Source: Patescibacteria group bacterium
GTDB taxonomy: Bacteria; Patescibacteriota; Patescibacteriia; JAHIZJ01
Direction: 5' to 3'
Assembly: GCA_041650335.1 (NCBI GenBank)
Contig: JBAZLK010000001.1
Span: 100,940-164,939, forward strand
DNA: 64,000 nucleotides
Shown one piece after another: positions 31,459 through 40,645 of this stretch (position 1 is the first letter of the stretch; the number at the start of each line of letters is the position of its first letter). The notes under the pieces are model-generated. The model worked only from the letters and a program-made list of their open reading frames with translations. It was not told the DNA's origin and ran no database searches. The position numbers and the translations under genes are program-made.

Positions 31459-32554
31459 TAATTACATTATTGCATTTATCGTCAGTCTCTGCCTCGCTTT
31501 TATTATTACCCAGGTCATCCGGAGGCTGGCGAATAAACATCAAATCGTCGATCGTCCTGAAACCGATCCATCACGGAAAATTCACACTCAACCGATCCCG
31601 CTCATGGGTGGATTGTCGCTCTTTATCACTATTGCGGTCATGATCGGCACCTTTTGTGTTATTCAGAACCGCTTACTTGGCGGCTATCTCTTGCCAAAGC
31701 ATCTCGTCGGCGTCCTCGTGGGCGGCCTGATCATCATGTTTGGCGGGTACCTGGACGACCGGTATCGCTTGTCGCCCGGAAAGCAGATTATCTTTCCTAT
31801 CCTCGCCAGCCTCGTTATTATCGCGAGCGGCATCGGCGTGCAGTATATTTCAAATCCGTTCGGCCGCGCCATTCAGCTCGATTCTATCCGCCTGGTTCTA
31901 TTTACCTGGCATGGCTTGCCGTATGGGATCACTCTTTTTAGCGACCTCTTCGCCTTTGTTTGGCTGATGGGCATGATGTATACGACAAAATTTCTTGACG
32001 GTCTCGACGGCTTATCGACCGGCATCGGCACCATCGGCGCGGTGATTATTTTCTTTCTGAGTCTGGCCAAGACGGTGGCGCAACCGGAAACAGCTCTCCT
32101 CAGCATAATTTTCGCCGGCGCGGGCGCTGGTTTTCTCCTCCACAATTTTCACCCGGCAAAAATCTTCCTGGGTGAAGGCGGTAGCGTTTTTATCGGCTTT
32201 TTCCTGGGCGTTTTATCAATTATCTCCGGCGCAAAAATCGCCACTGCCTTGCTTATCATGGGTATTCCGATACTCGATGCGCTCTGGGTAATTCTGCGTC
32301 GCGTTTTCTGGGAACACCGGCCGATCGCCTCGGGCGATAAGAAGCATCTCCATTTCCGCTTGCTCGACGCCGGTCTGTCGCATCGCCAAGCAGTGGTTTT
32401 TCTCTACGTGATGACGGCCGGTTTTGGTATGGCCGGATTATATTTTCAAGGCCGAACGAAAATATACACCTTATTAGCGCTGGCCGTCTTTATGATCATC
32501 CTGGCGGGTGTGGTGGTATTTATGTATCGCCGGAAAGTTAGGCAACACGTATGA
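31448..32554 (+). CDS. MraY/WecA/TagO family polyprenyl-phosphate sugar-1-phosphate transferase
   Basis: GYLDD, FLDGLDGL, NFHPAKIFLG, HLHFRL. Confidence 0.9.
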   Translation: MAVSNYIIAFIVSLCLAFIITQVIRRLANKHQIVDRPETDPSRKIHTQPIPLMGGLSLFITIAVMIGTFCVIQNRLLGGYLLPKHLVGVLVGGLIIMFGGYLDDRYRLSPGKQIIFPILASLVIIASGIGVQYISNPFGRAIQLDSIRLVLFTWHGLPYGITLFSDLFAFVWLMGMMYTTKFLDGLDGLSTGIGTIGAVIIFFLSLAKTVAQPETALLSIIFAGAGAGFLLHNFHPAKIFLGEGGSVFIGFFLGVLSIISGAKIATALLIMGIPILDALWVILRRVFWEHRPIASGDKKHLHFRLLDAGLSHRQAVVFLYVMTAGFGMAGLYFQGRTKIYTLLALAVFMIILAGVVVFMYRRKVRQHV

Positions 32555-33429
32555 GGGTGGCCATGATCGGGCCAGCGTGTCGGGATCGCAATAGCATGGA
32601 CGGTCGGGTTTACGAGAATCTTGGCGGCCCCGTTTTCTATACCGGTAACGCGCTCGCCGCGCTCGGGGTTGAGGTTACATTTTTTGTGGCAATTGGACCG
32701 GAGGTTGCTGACTGGCGGACGAGTTTTCCGGCCTCAGATGTTTTCCGGCTCCCAGTCGCAGGCACTCATATACACGAAAACATCGAGACATCGGCCCGGC
32801 CCGGCGTGCGCGTTTGTCGCGCTCGGCCCGCCGATATGAGTATTACGGCTGAACATTTTCGAGACCATGATCTCTCGCGATATGATTATATTATCTTAGG
32901 GCCGCTGTTTCATACGGATCTGACGAAAGAATTTGTCTCGTTCGCCTCCCGATTTCCAGGGAAACTGGTACTGGAACCGCAGGGGATGATTCGTTATCTT
33001 GAAAACGGCAGCCATGTTTTTCGCCATCCGAAAAATGTCGTGTCGGTGCTATCCGAGGTGGATATCTACATCTCCGATGCAGAAGAAGCTGCCTTTATTA
33101 CCCAGAGAAAAGAGAAAGACGAGGCGATCTCGTTTATCTTAGATCACGGCGTAGCCCAGGTAATTATTACGCAAGGGGAACGCGGCTCAATTGTCGCCAC
33201 CGCGCAAGGACGGCACCAGATTCCGGCGTTTTCTCCTTCGACGATCGTTCATCCGATTGGCGCGGGCGATACGTATCTCGCCGGTTTCATAAAAGCACAA
33301 GAACTGTTTACTGATCCGTTCCAGCAGGGTTCGTTTGCAGCCATGACGGCGACATTGTCGCTGGAACAATCCGATTCGTTCAGTCAATCCACGGAGGCGG
33401 TACTCGCGCGCCTCAGGCGGAAACCTTGA
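32551..33429 (+). CDS. PfkB family carbohydrate kinase
   Basis: N-terminal GG; GAGDTYLAG signature. Confidence 0.88.
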   Translation: MRVAMIGPACRDRNSMDGRVYENLGGPVFYTGNALAALGVEVTFFVAIGPEVADWRTSFPASDVFRLPVAGTHIHENIETSARPGVRVCRARPADMSITAEHFRDHDLSRYDYIILGPLFHTDLTKEFVSFASRFPGKLVLEPQGMIRYLENGSHVFRHPKNVVSVLSEVDIYISDAEEAAFITQRKEKDEAISFILDHGVAQVIITQGERGSIVATAQGRHQIPAFSPSTIVHPIGAGDTYLAGFIKAQELFTDPFQQGSFAAMTATLSLEQSDSFSQSTEAVLARLRRKP

Positions 33430-33454
33430 CATGAGAACAATAATCGAATATACT
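33426..33454 (+). promoter_or_regulatory. sigma70 promoter of rplU
   Basis: TTGACA-17-TATACT. Confidence 0.7.
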
Positions 33455-33482
33455 TCATACTGTTATTCATTAATTTTTCGTT

Positions 33483-33803
33483 ATGTACGCAGTCATTAAA
33501 ACCGGAGGCAAGCAGTATCTCGTTAAAGAAAAAACCAGACTGAGCGTTGAGAAGCTCATCGCCAATGAAGGGGAAATCCTCACGCTGACGCAAGTGCTCA
33601 TGTTGGCTGACGAAACCGGGAAAACGGTGACCGTCGGAAAACCAACCGTTTCGGGCGCGACAGTTACGGCCAAGGTTCTCAAACAAGGCAAACTGCCAAA
33701 AGTGACCGTGATCAAGTATAAAGCCAAGGTCCGGTACCGCCGGAAACGGGGCCACCGCCAGCCGTTCACCGAGCTGGAAATTACCAAGATTTCGGCCAAA
33801 TAA
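33483..33803 (+). CDS. rplU: 50S ribosomal protein bL21
   Basis: YAVIKTGGKQY, GHRQPFT. Confidence 0.98.
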   Translation: MYAVIKTGGKQYLVKEKTRLSVEKLIANEGEILTLTQVLMLADETGKTVTVGKPTVSGATVTAKVLKQGKLPKVTVIKYKAKVRYRRKRGHRQPFTELEITKISAK

Positions 33804-33810
33804 ACAAGAT

Positions 33811-33844
33811 AAAAAAACGAATCGCGCAAGCGGCTCGTTTTTTG
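33811..33844. terminator. Bidirectional terminator between rplU and recR
   Basis: A-run, hairpin, T-run between convergent genes. Confidence 0.65.
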
Positions 33845-33850
33845 TTTTCT

Positions 33851-34450
33851 TTAGTGGCGGCCCTTGAGCGCGTCAGCCAGGGTTACTTCGTCGGCGTATT
33901 CGAGGTCCGCTCCGACCGGCAGTCCGCGCGCCAAACGGCTCACCTTGGCAACGTGTGGCTGGAGTATTTTCTTCAGATAGAGTCCGGTCGACTCGCCCTC
34001 AACGTCTGGGTTTAAAGCGAGGATGACCTCCTTGATTTTTGGCTGGCTTTTTTTCAGCCGTTCGACCAGCAGGCGAATGTTCAATCGGTCCGGCGTGACC
34101 CCCTCGACCGGATTCAGAACCCCACCGAGAACGAAATAGAGGCCGTTGTATTCACGGGTTTTTTCGAGTATCTGGATTTGGGGCGATTCCGCGACCACGC
34201 AGAGCATGGTTTTATCGCGGCTGCTCGACCGGCAAATGGCGCAGGGATTATATTCGGCGAAGGCGTGGCAGGTGTCGCAGACGACCACCTTATCGCGCAA
34301 CGCTTTGATTGCCTGAGCCAGCGAATCGACGGTCGTGCGCGGCTGGCGCAATAAATAATAGACAAAACGCTCGGACGTTTTTGGTCCGATACCGGGAAGC
34401 TTATTGAATTCTTCGATGAGATTTTGGATTGGTTTCGGGAACTGAGGCAT
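33851..34450 (-). CDS. recR: Recombination mediator RecR
   Basis: LPGIGPK HhH, C4 Zn finger, Toprim EGEST. Confidence 0.97.
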   Translation of the reverse strand: MPQFPKPIQNLIEEFNKLPGIGPKTSERFVYYLLRQPRTTVDSLAQAIKALRDKVVVCDTCHAFAEYNPCAICRSSSRDKTMLCVVAESPQIQILEKTREYNGLYFVLGGVLNPVEGVTPDRLNIRLLVERLKKSQPKIKEVILALNPDVEGESTGLYLKKILQPHVAKVSRLARGLPVGADLEYADEVTLADALKGRH

Positions 34451-34455
34451 AGGGA

Positions 34456-34746
34456 TCAGGACAAACCCGGTAAATTGTAGCCGCCTGATCGGAATTTCGC
34501 GGCCATAAGGTTTTGAACCTTTTTCACGGCGTCATTCATTGCTTCCTTCAAATCACGTTCAAGAGCTTGTTTTTCATCAGGGGTCAGCCGTTCAGGCTGA
34601 ATCTCAAGGCTGACCACTTCCTGATTGCCATTCATCACCAGGGCAATGCCACGGTGGTCGACCCGGACCTGCTCGTCGCCGAGCTGCGATTGGAGCTTCT
34701 TCGCTTGGTCGCGAAGATCCTTGTATTGTTTAAGCTTTTCAAACAT
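34456..34746 (-). CDS. ybaB: YbaB/EbfC nucleoid-associated protein
   Basis: Size and sequence pattern; upstream of recR. Confidence 0.88.
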   Translation of the reverse strand: MFEKLKQYKDLRDQAKKLQSQLGDEQVRVDHRGIALVMNGNQEVVSLEIQPERLTPDEKQALERDLKEAMNDAVKKVQNLMAAKFRSGGYNLPGLS

Positions 34747-34758
34747 AGAGGTAACGTT

Positions 34759-36174
34759 TTAAAACGGAGCCGCTTCCTCGCTGGTTGGGGCGAATCGTTC
34801 GCCGATATCGCTCTCGAAGCAGACGCTGTGCTCATTAAAGCGAAGTTTCACCAGTCCAGTCGGACCGTTGCGATGTTTGGCGATGTGGACCTCAACCAGA
34901 TTTGCCTCTTCGGGCCGGATGTCTTCGCGGCGATAATTCCGATCCATCATCTTGCGGTAAATAAACATGACCACGTCGGCGTCTTGTTCGATCGAGCCGG
35001 ATTCACGCAGGTGGGCCAGTTTCGGTATGGCCGGCTTGCTCATTTCCACGGCCCGCGAAAGCTGGGATAAGCCGATGACCGGCACTTGAAGCTCACGGGC
35101 GACGGCTTTCAGACCGCGGGTGATTTCGGCCACTTCCTGGACGCGATTGTCGGTCAGGCCGCGGCCCTCCATGAGCTGGAGATAATCAACGATAATGAGA
35201 TCAAGGTTGGCCTCGGATTTTAGGCGGCGCGCCTTGGTTCGAATTTCCATAACATTGGCGAGCGGGGAGTCGTCGATGAAAATATTCGCCTCGGAAAGTT
35301 TGCCCATGGCATGGCCGATGGCGGCGAAATCATCATTTTCGCCCTCGGCTGTCAGCCGCCCCGTTCGGAATTTCCAGAGGCTGATCCGCGCCTCTGAGCA
35401 GAGCAGGCGGTCAATTAATTGCTCCTTTGACATTTCCAAGCTGAAGATCGCAACCGCGGCCTTATGCTTGATTGCCGCCAGGCGGGCGAAATCAAGAGCG
35501 AGCGAGGTTTTTCCGACTGACGGACGAGCCGCCAGGATGATCAGGTCGGATTTTTGAAAGCCGGCCAGCAGGTTGTCGAGATCGGGAAAGCCACTCGGCA
35601 AGCCCCGCAGCTTGCCGCTTTCGCGGTGGAGCTCGTCCATCCGCTCAAAGGCATCCGTCAGCAATTCTTTGATCGGGACGAAATTCTGCTTGAGGTATTT
35701 TTGTGAGACGCTGAACAACGACTGCTCGGCTTTATCGAGGATAAAGTCGACCTCGTTCTCTTCGTGAAAACCCATCGAGGCGATTTCAGACGCCGATTCG
35801 ATCAGCCGGCGCAAGGTTGCCTTTTTCTGGACCACGTTGGCGTAATGAACAACATTGCCGGCGGTCGGCACGATATTTGTCAGGGTTGCCAGGTATGAGC
35901 GTCCGCCGACTGTCTCCAGTCGTTCAGCCTCTTCGAGCTTATTGGACAGACTTAAAAGGTCAATTGGCTCTCGGCGGGTGTAGAGATTGAGCATCGCTTC
36001 AAAAATAAACCGATGGCTATCGCGGTAAAAATCGGTTGGCGAGAGAATATCAGCGATTCTGGTAACAGCTTCTTTGTCAATCAAAAGCGACCCCAAAACC
36101 GCCTGTTCGGCTTCCAGGTTTTGCGGAGGCACTTTTTCGATCGTCGTCTTTTGTGTCGATTGGGATTCAGCCAT
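34759..36174 (-). CDS. dnaB: Replicative DNA helicase
   Basis: PPQNLEAE, AARPSVGKT, DYLQL, LRESGSIEQDAD, KHRNGPTG; start taken at MAESQ. Confidence 0.97.
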   Translation of the reverse strand: MAESQSTQKTTIEKVPPQNLEAEQAVLGSLLIDKEAVTRIADILSPTDFYRDSHRFIFEAMLNLYTRREPIDLLSLSNKLEEAERLETVGGRSYLATLTNIVPTAGNVVHYANVVQKKATLRRLIESASEIASMGFHEENEVDFILDKAEQSLFSVSQKYLKQNFVPIKELLTDAFERMDELHRESGKLRGLPSGFPDLDNLLAGFQKSDLIILAARPSVGKTSLALDFARLAAIKHKAAVAIFSLEMSKEQLIDRLLCSEARISLWKFRTGRLTAEGENDDFAAIGHAMGKLSEANIFIDDSPLANVMEIRTKARRLKSEANLDLIIVDYLQLMEGRGLTDNRVQEVAEITRGLKAVARELQVPVIGLSQLSRAVEMSKPAIPKLAHLRESGSIEQDADVVMFIYRKMMDRNYRREDIRPEEANLVEVHIAKHRNGPTGLVKLRFNEHSVCFESDIGERFAPTSEEAAPF

Positions 36175-36333
36175 ATACCCGTCAGTTGGCGTGTTTGTTC
36201 GTCCTTCCATAGTAGCCAATGGCGCGAAAAATAGCAAGCCTGCCAAGCGCACAGGATGTTCACGCTTTATCCCCATTTCTATTGGTCGCTTTGGGCTTGC
36301 GCCGATGGAAAAAAACGGGTATACTACGCCAAT

Positions 36334-36945
36334 ATGAACCACAATGAATTCATTGTCGTCGATGTTGAAACGACCGGGTTTAAACCGACCGAGGGGCATT
36401 GTATTATTGAGATCGCGGCGGAAAGGTTGCGCGAGTCGAACGTCGTTGATACCTATCATTCGTTGGTCATATCCGAACGATCGATTGATCCGGAGACCGT
36501 GCTGATCCATGGGATTACTGAGGAATTGCTTCGTCTGGAAGGCCGGCCGGTTCACGAGGTGATGCAAGAATTTGTGTCGTTTATCAAGGATGCTCCGCTC
36601 ATCGGCCACAACATCGGCTTTGACCTCGCCTTTATCAACGCCCACCTCGAACGGCTGAGTCTGCCGCGGCTGACGAACAAAACGATTGATACGATCGAGC
36701 TGGCCAGAAAATATTTGATTATCCCGAGCTATAGCCTGGAAAAGGTCTCCGCCTATCTGAAAGTACCGCAGCCGTCGGCACATCGCGCGAAAGTCGACGT
36801 TGAAGTCACGCGGCAAGTGTTTCTAAAACTCAACGAACGGGCGCAGGCCAGGGGAGGAAAAGTCGCCCCAGCGGCAGCCCAACCGGGGACAAACCCCCAA
36901 AAACCCGTTCCGCCGATCATCCCGCCTCCGACTAGGCTTTTCTAG
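36334..36945 (+). CDS. DEDDh 3'-5' exonuclease (DnaQ/epsilon-like)
   Basis: DVETTG, GHNIGFD, HRAKVD. Confidence 0.92.
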   Translation: MNHNEFIVVDVETTGFKPTEGHCIIEIAAERLRESNVVDTYHSLVISERSIDPETVLIHGITEELLRLEGRPVHEVMQEFVSFIKDAPLIGHNIGFDLAFINAHLERLSLPRLTNKTIDTIELARKYLIIPSYSLEKVSAYLKVPQPSAHRAKVDVEVTRQVFLKLNERAQARGGKVAPAAAQPGTNPQKPVPPIIPPPTRLF

Positions 36946-36954
36946 CCAAAATAC

Positions 36955-36981
36955 AAAAAACAGTCATTGACTGTTTTTTTG
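36955..36981. terminator. Bidirectional terminator
   Basis: AAAAAACAGTC-ATT-GACTGTTTTTT. Confidence 0.75.
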
Positions 36982-37011
36982 TTTGTTTGATGCGCCCTAT
37001 CGTATTCAACT

Positions 37012-37165
37012 CACGTTATGGTTTCTATGGTGCGCCCAGAGGGATTTGAGTCCTGCCCCGTACCGTTCTGGTACGGGGTGCCCTTCAAATCCATTCGCTT
37101 TTGAAACCGATACCTTATTTTTCAGCACACGTTGTGGTTTCTATGGTGCGCCCAGAGGGATTTGA
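37012..37165. repeat. 38-bp direct repeat of tRNA-Lys 3' end with intervening palindrome
   Basis: 37012-37049 matches 37128-37165 with 1 mismatch; CCCCGTACC-GTTCT-GGTACGGGG lies between them. Confidence 0.85.
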
Positions 37166-37219
37166 ACCCCCGACCGTCTGCTTAAAAGGCAGCTGCTCTA
37201 CCAACTGAGCTATGGGCGC
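37144..37219 (-). tRNA. tRNA-Lys(TTT)
   Basis: GCGCCCA...TGGGCGC-ACCA, anticodon loop CTTTTAA. Confidence 0.95.
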
Positions 37220-37312
37220 ATGGTACGTAGCGAATAGTATCAAACATGACGGATGTTGGCAAGAGTTCGCTGTTGAATATTTGCCGATAACGTTGTATAA
37301 TATTTACTAGTT

Positions 37313-40000
37313 ATGTCAGAACACGCATGGTACAAATTGCCGCAAGCCAAGATTTTTGAGCTTCTAAGAACACGGAAGACCGGTTTGACTGACCAGGAAG
37401 TTGCGGCCCGCCAGCGGAAATACGGTTCAAATACATTACCCCAGGACAAACGCGCGACCTGGGTTATTTTATTGTTGAAACAATTTCAAAGCTCGCTTAT
37501 TTATATCCTTTTGTTTGCCGCCGGCATCAGCCTGTTGTTGGTCGACTATGTCGATATGTACGTGATTTTGGCGGCCGTGTTATTAAACGTTGTCGTCGGC
37601 TTCATCCAGGAAAATCGGGCGATGAAAGCGATGGATAAACTGCGCCGAGTCGTGGAATTCACGACGCTGGTTCTGCGTGACAGCAGGGAACTAAAGATAA
37701 ATGTGGCGGATTTGGTGCCGGGCGACATTGTTCTCATTCAACCAGGCGATAAAGTACCGGCCGATGTCCGGTTGATCGAAGCAGAACAGCTGCGGGTGAA
37801 TGAAGCGCGGCTGACTGGCGAGTCCAACCCAGTCGTAAAATCCACGGAAACGCTCCACAACGAACTGGTGCTGGCCGATCGCCTGAACATGGCGTTTATG
37901 GGCACGGTTGTTACCGGCGGTGTCGGCCGGGGCGTCGTCTGCGCGATCGGGCTGGAGACGGAAATCGGTCAGATCGCGAAGATGATAAAAGAAACCAAAG
38001 AAGAACAAACGCCCCTGCAGAAAAAACTCAACAGTCTCAGCAAATTAATCGGCGGGAGCGTGCTCTTGATCTGCCTGGGCGTTTTTCTGCTTGGCCTGCT
38101 GACGGGTCGCGCCTTCATCGAAATGTTCACCACCTCGGTCGCTATCGCCGTGGCGGCCATCCCCGAGGGTTTAGCCGTGGTGGTGACGGTTATTTTAGCG
38201 ATCGGAATGCAGCGGATATTGAAACAACAAGGCCTGGTCCGAAAACTGGTAGCCGCCGAAACGCTGGGTTCCACCACGGTCATCTGCACTGATAAAACCG
38301 GCACACTGACTGAAGGGGAAATGCGGGTGGTTCGGGTTATTACGAACAATCATGATTTAGAGGCAACCGGAGACAAATTCAAAACGCACCTAAAAGAAAC
38401 CGGGGATCAGACGAGTTTTATTACCGCGCTGAAAATCGGCGTTTTGTGCAATGACGCTCACATCGAAAACGAGTTCAGTCCGTTGCACGAATGGAAAATA
38501 TTCGGCAACCCGACGGAAAAGGCGCTCATCCTGGCTGGCAGCGAGGTCGGGCTGAGTCGTCATGTTTTGGAAAAAATACATCCGCGCCTGGCCGAGATAC
38601 CGTTCAATTCAGAGCGGAAGTACATGGTTACGCTCCAGGGCTGGTCAAAAACGCACCACCTCATCTACATAAAAGGCGCACCAGAAAAAATACTCGAGAT
38701 GTCCTGGCGGATCGATGTCGATGGCCAGATCGAACAGCTGACGCCTCAACAACGTGATAAAATTAAAAAGCGCTTTGAGCATCTAAGCAACGAAGGGCTG
38801 AGAATCATCGCCCTAGCCTTTAAATCCACTTCGGCTGAAACGGCAGAATTAAAAGAAGCGCCCGGCCTGCTTGAGGATTTTGTTTTTGCCGGATTGATGG
38901 GCATCCAGGATCCACTCCGGCCGGAAGCGAAAGAGACGATACGGCAATGTAAGGAAGCCGGTATTAGAATCGCGATGATTACCGGTGATCATCGCTTGAC
39001 CGCCCAGTCGATCGCCCAGGAGTTAGGTTTACCCTCAAAGAACGAGAATATTCTCCAGGGCGACGAGCTGGCCACATTGAACACGACACAGCTGCAGAAA
39101 CGCGTCAAAAAGGTGTCCGTCTACGCTCGGGTGACGCCGAAAGACAAGCTGCGCATTGTTGACGCGCTCCAGGCTGACGGGGAGGTTGTCGCGATGACAG
39201 GGGACGGTTTGAACGACGCGCCGGCCCTGCGCTCCGCCGATATCGGCGTCTCGCTCGGTTCGGGAACCGACATCGCCAAAGAGACCGCCAATCTTGTTAT
39301 CCTCGACAACAATTTCAAAACGATCGTCGCTGCGGTCCGGCAGGGGCGCGTGCTTTTTGAAAACATAAAAAAAGTGGTGCTCTACCTCATGTCGGACAGT
39401 TTTTCCGAGGTGATCATTATCGCTGGAGCGTTAGTGTTGGGCATACCGCTGCCGCTCGTGGCGGCGCAGATACTCTGGATCAATTTAGTCGGGGATGGCC
39501 TGCCGAACATGGCGCTGACGGTTGAACCGGAAGAGCGGCACATCATGCAGGAACCGCCGATCCGCCGGAATGCCCCGATCCTTGATGCGGAAATGAAAAC
39601 GCTTATTGCCGTGATCAGTATCGTCACTGGTCTGGTCACGCTTGGACTCTTTTACTATTTCTGGAAATCAACCGGCGATCTGTCATTAGCCCGGACCATC
39701 GCCTTCGCTTCCGTCGGCGTTGACTCGCTGATATACGTCTTCAGCTGCCGCTCTCTCCGGATACCAATCATAAAGAAAAATCCGTTTTCAAATCCCTGGC
39801 TGGTTTATGCCGTGATCGGTGGCATCATACTTCAAATTGCCGCCATCTATTTTGGTCCGTTGCAGAATGTTTTACGAACGGTTCCGCTGACGCTTGACCA
39901 TTGGCTGGTCATTGGCACGGCCGTTATATTTGTCATCCTGCTCATCGAAGTGATAAAATATTTATTCTTACACCAAAAGAAATTCCATGCGGCGCAATAA
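37313..40000 (+). CDS. P-type II cation (probably Ca2+)-transporting ATPase
   Basis: TGES, PEGL, DKTGTLT, KGAPE, GDGLNDAP. Confidence 0.95.
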   Translation: MSEHAWYKLPQAKIFELLRTRKTGLTDQEVAARQRKYGSNTLPQDKRATWVILLLKQFQSSLIYILLFAAGISLLLVDYVDMYVILAAVLLNVVVGFIQENRAMKAMDKLRRVVEFTTLVLRDSRELKINVADLVPGDIVLIQPGDKVPADVRLIEAEQLRVNEARLTGESNPVVKSTETLHNELVLADRLNMAFMGTVVTGGVGRGVVCAIGLETEIGQIAKMIKETKEEQTPLQKKLNSLSKLIGGSVLLICLGVFLLGLLTGRAFIEMFTTSVAIAVAAIPEGLAVVVTVILAIGMQRILKQQGLVRKLVAAETLGSTTVICTDKTGTLTEGEMRVVRVITNNHDLEATGDKFKTHLKETGDQTSFITALKIGVLCNDAHIENEFSPLHEWKIFGNPTEKALILAGSEVGLSRHVLEKIHPRLAEIPFNSERKYMVTLQGWSKTHHLIYIKGAPEKILEMSWRIDVDGQIEQLTPQQRDKIKKRFEHLSNEGLRIIALAFKSTSAETAELKEAPGLLEDFVFAGLMGIQDPLRPEAKETIRQCKEAGIRIAMITGDHRLTAQSIAQELGLPSKNENILQGDELATLNTTQLQKRVKKVSVYARVTPKDKLRIVDALQADGEVVAMTGDGLNDAPALRSADIGVSLGSGTDIAKETANLVILDNNFKTIVAAVRQGRVLFENIKKVVLYLMSDSFSEVIIIAGALVLGIPLPLVAAQILWINLVGDGLPNMALTVEPEERHIMQEPPIRRNAPILDAEMKTLIAVISIVTGLVTLGLFYYFWKSTGDLSLARTIAFASVGVDSLIYVFSCRSLRIPIIKKNPFSNPWLVYAVIGGIILQIAAIYFGPLQNVLRTVPLTLDHWLVIGTAVIFVILLIEVIKYLFLHQKKFHAAQ

Positions 40001-40583
40001 TGTTCTGACAGCCATTGCCTTCGTGTCACTCGCGGTTCTCATCGTGGTCGAGCTCGGTACGCATTACGATAGCTGGGATCGTCAAGTGGCCCTCTCGATA
40101 ACAAATATCATCGGCGGTGGCGTTTATTTATTGATCTATTATTTCCTGAAACGGCGCGGCATCACGTTGCCGTGGATAGCGGCCTGGCTGGTCGCTCTCG
40201 GTATCTGGTTCGACGCGCTCGGGAATTTTCAGCACTTTTTCGGTCGGATCCTCTGGTGGGACAAGCTCGCGCATTTCACCGGATCATTGCCCCCGGCAAC
40301 GGTCTTTTGGGCGGTCCTGTATGGGTTTGGAAAAAAGGGGACGATCCGACTGCCAAATTGGCTGGCCGGCCTATTTGCCGTTTGTCTGACAGTAACGCTG
40401 TCGGTGCTCTACGAAATATCTGAATATATCGGCGATCTGAACTTTCCGACCCATCGGATAACGGATTTATACGATACGGTCGATGATTTAATGTATAATT
40501 TATTAGGCGCCGTCGCCGTAGTAATCATTTGTCTGCTTATTTACCGAAAGAAACAGAAGGACGACCGCGAAACGAGTGTTTGA
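39987..40583 (+). CDS. Integral membrane protein (DUF2238/VanZ-like)
   Basis: WWDKLAHF, YEISEY, DTVDDL; ~6 TM. Confidence 0.75.
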   Translation: MRRNNVLTAIAFVSLAVLIVVELGTHYDSWDRQVALSITNIIGGGVYLLIYYFLKRRGITLPWIAAWLVALGIWFDALGNFQHFFGRILWWDKLAHFTGSLPPATVFWAVLYGFGKKGTIRLPNWLAGLFAVCLTVTLSVLYEISEYIGDLNFPTHRITDLYDTVDDLMYNLLGAVAVVIICLLIYRKKQKDDRETSV

Positions 40584-40589
40584 AATATT

Positions 40590-40618
40590 TTGACAGCAGT
40601 CGGAAAAATCGCTATAAT
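40590..40618 (+). promoter_or_regulatory. sigma70 promoter of asnS-aspS
   Basis: TTGACA-17-TATAAT. Confidence 0.75.
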
Positions 40619-40645
40619 TTAACAACACGATAGCGATTTTTTCTT

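Noticed and set aside
36175-36816. 214-aa N-terminal extension of the DnaB ORF
   Set aside because: Mostly the antisense shadow of the exonuclease gene; DnaB homology begins near MAESQ (36174)
37012-37165. CRISPR array
   Set aside because: Only two clear copies, the repeat is tRNA-derived, and there are no cas genes
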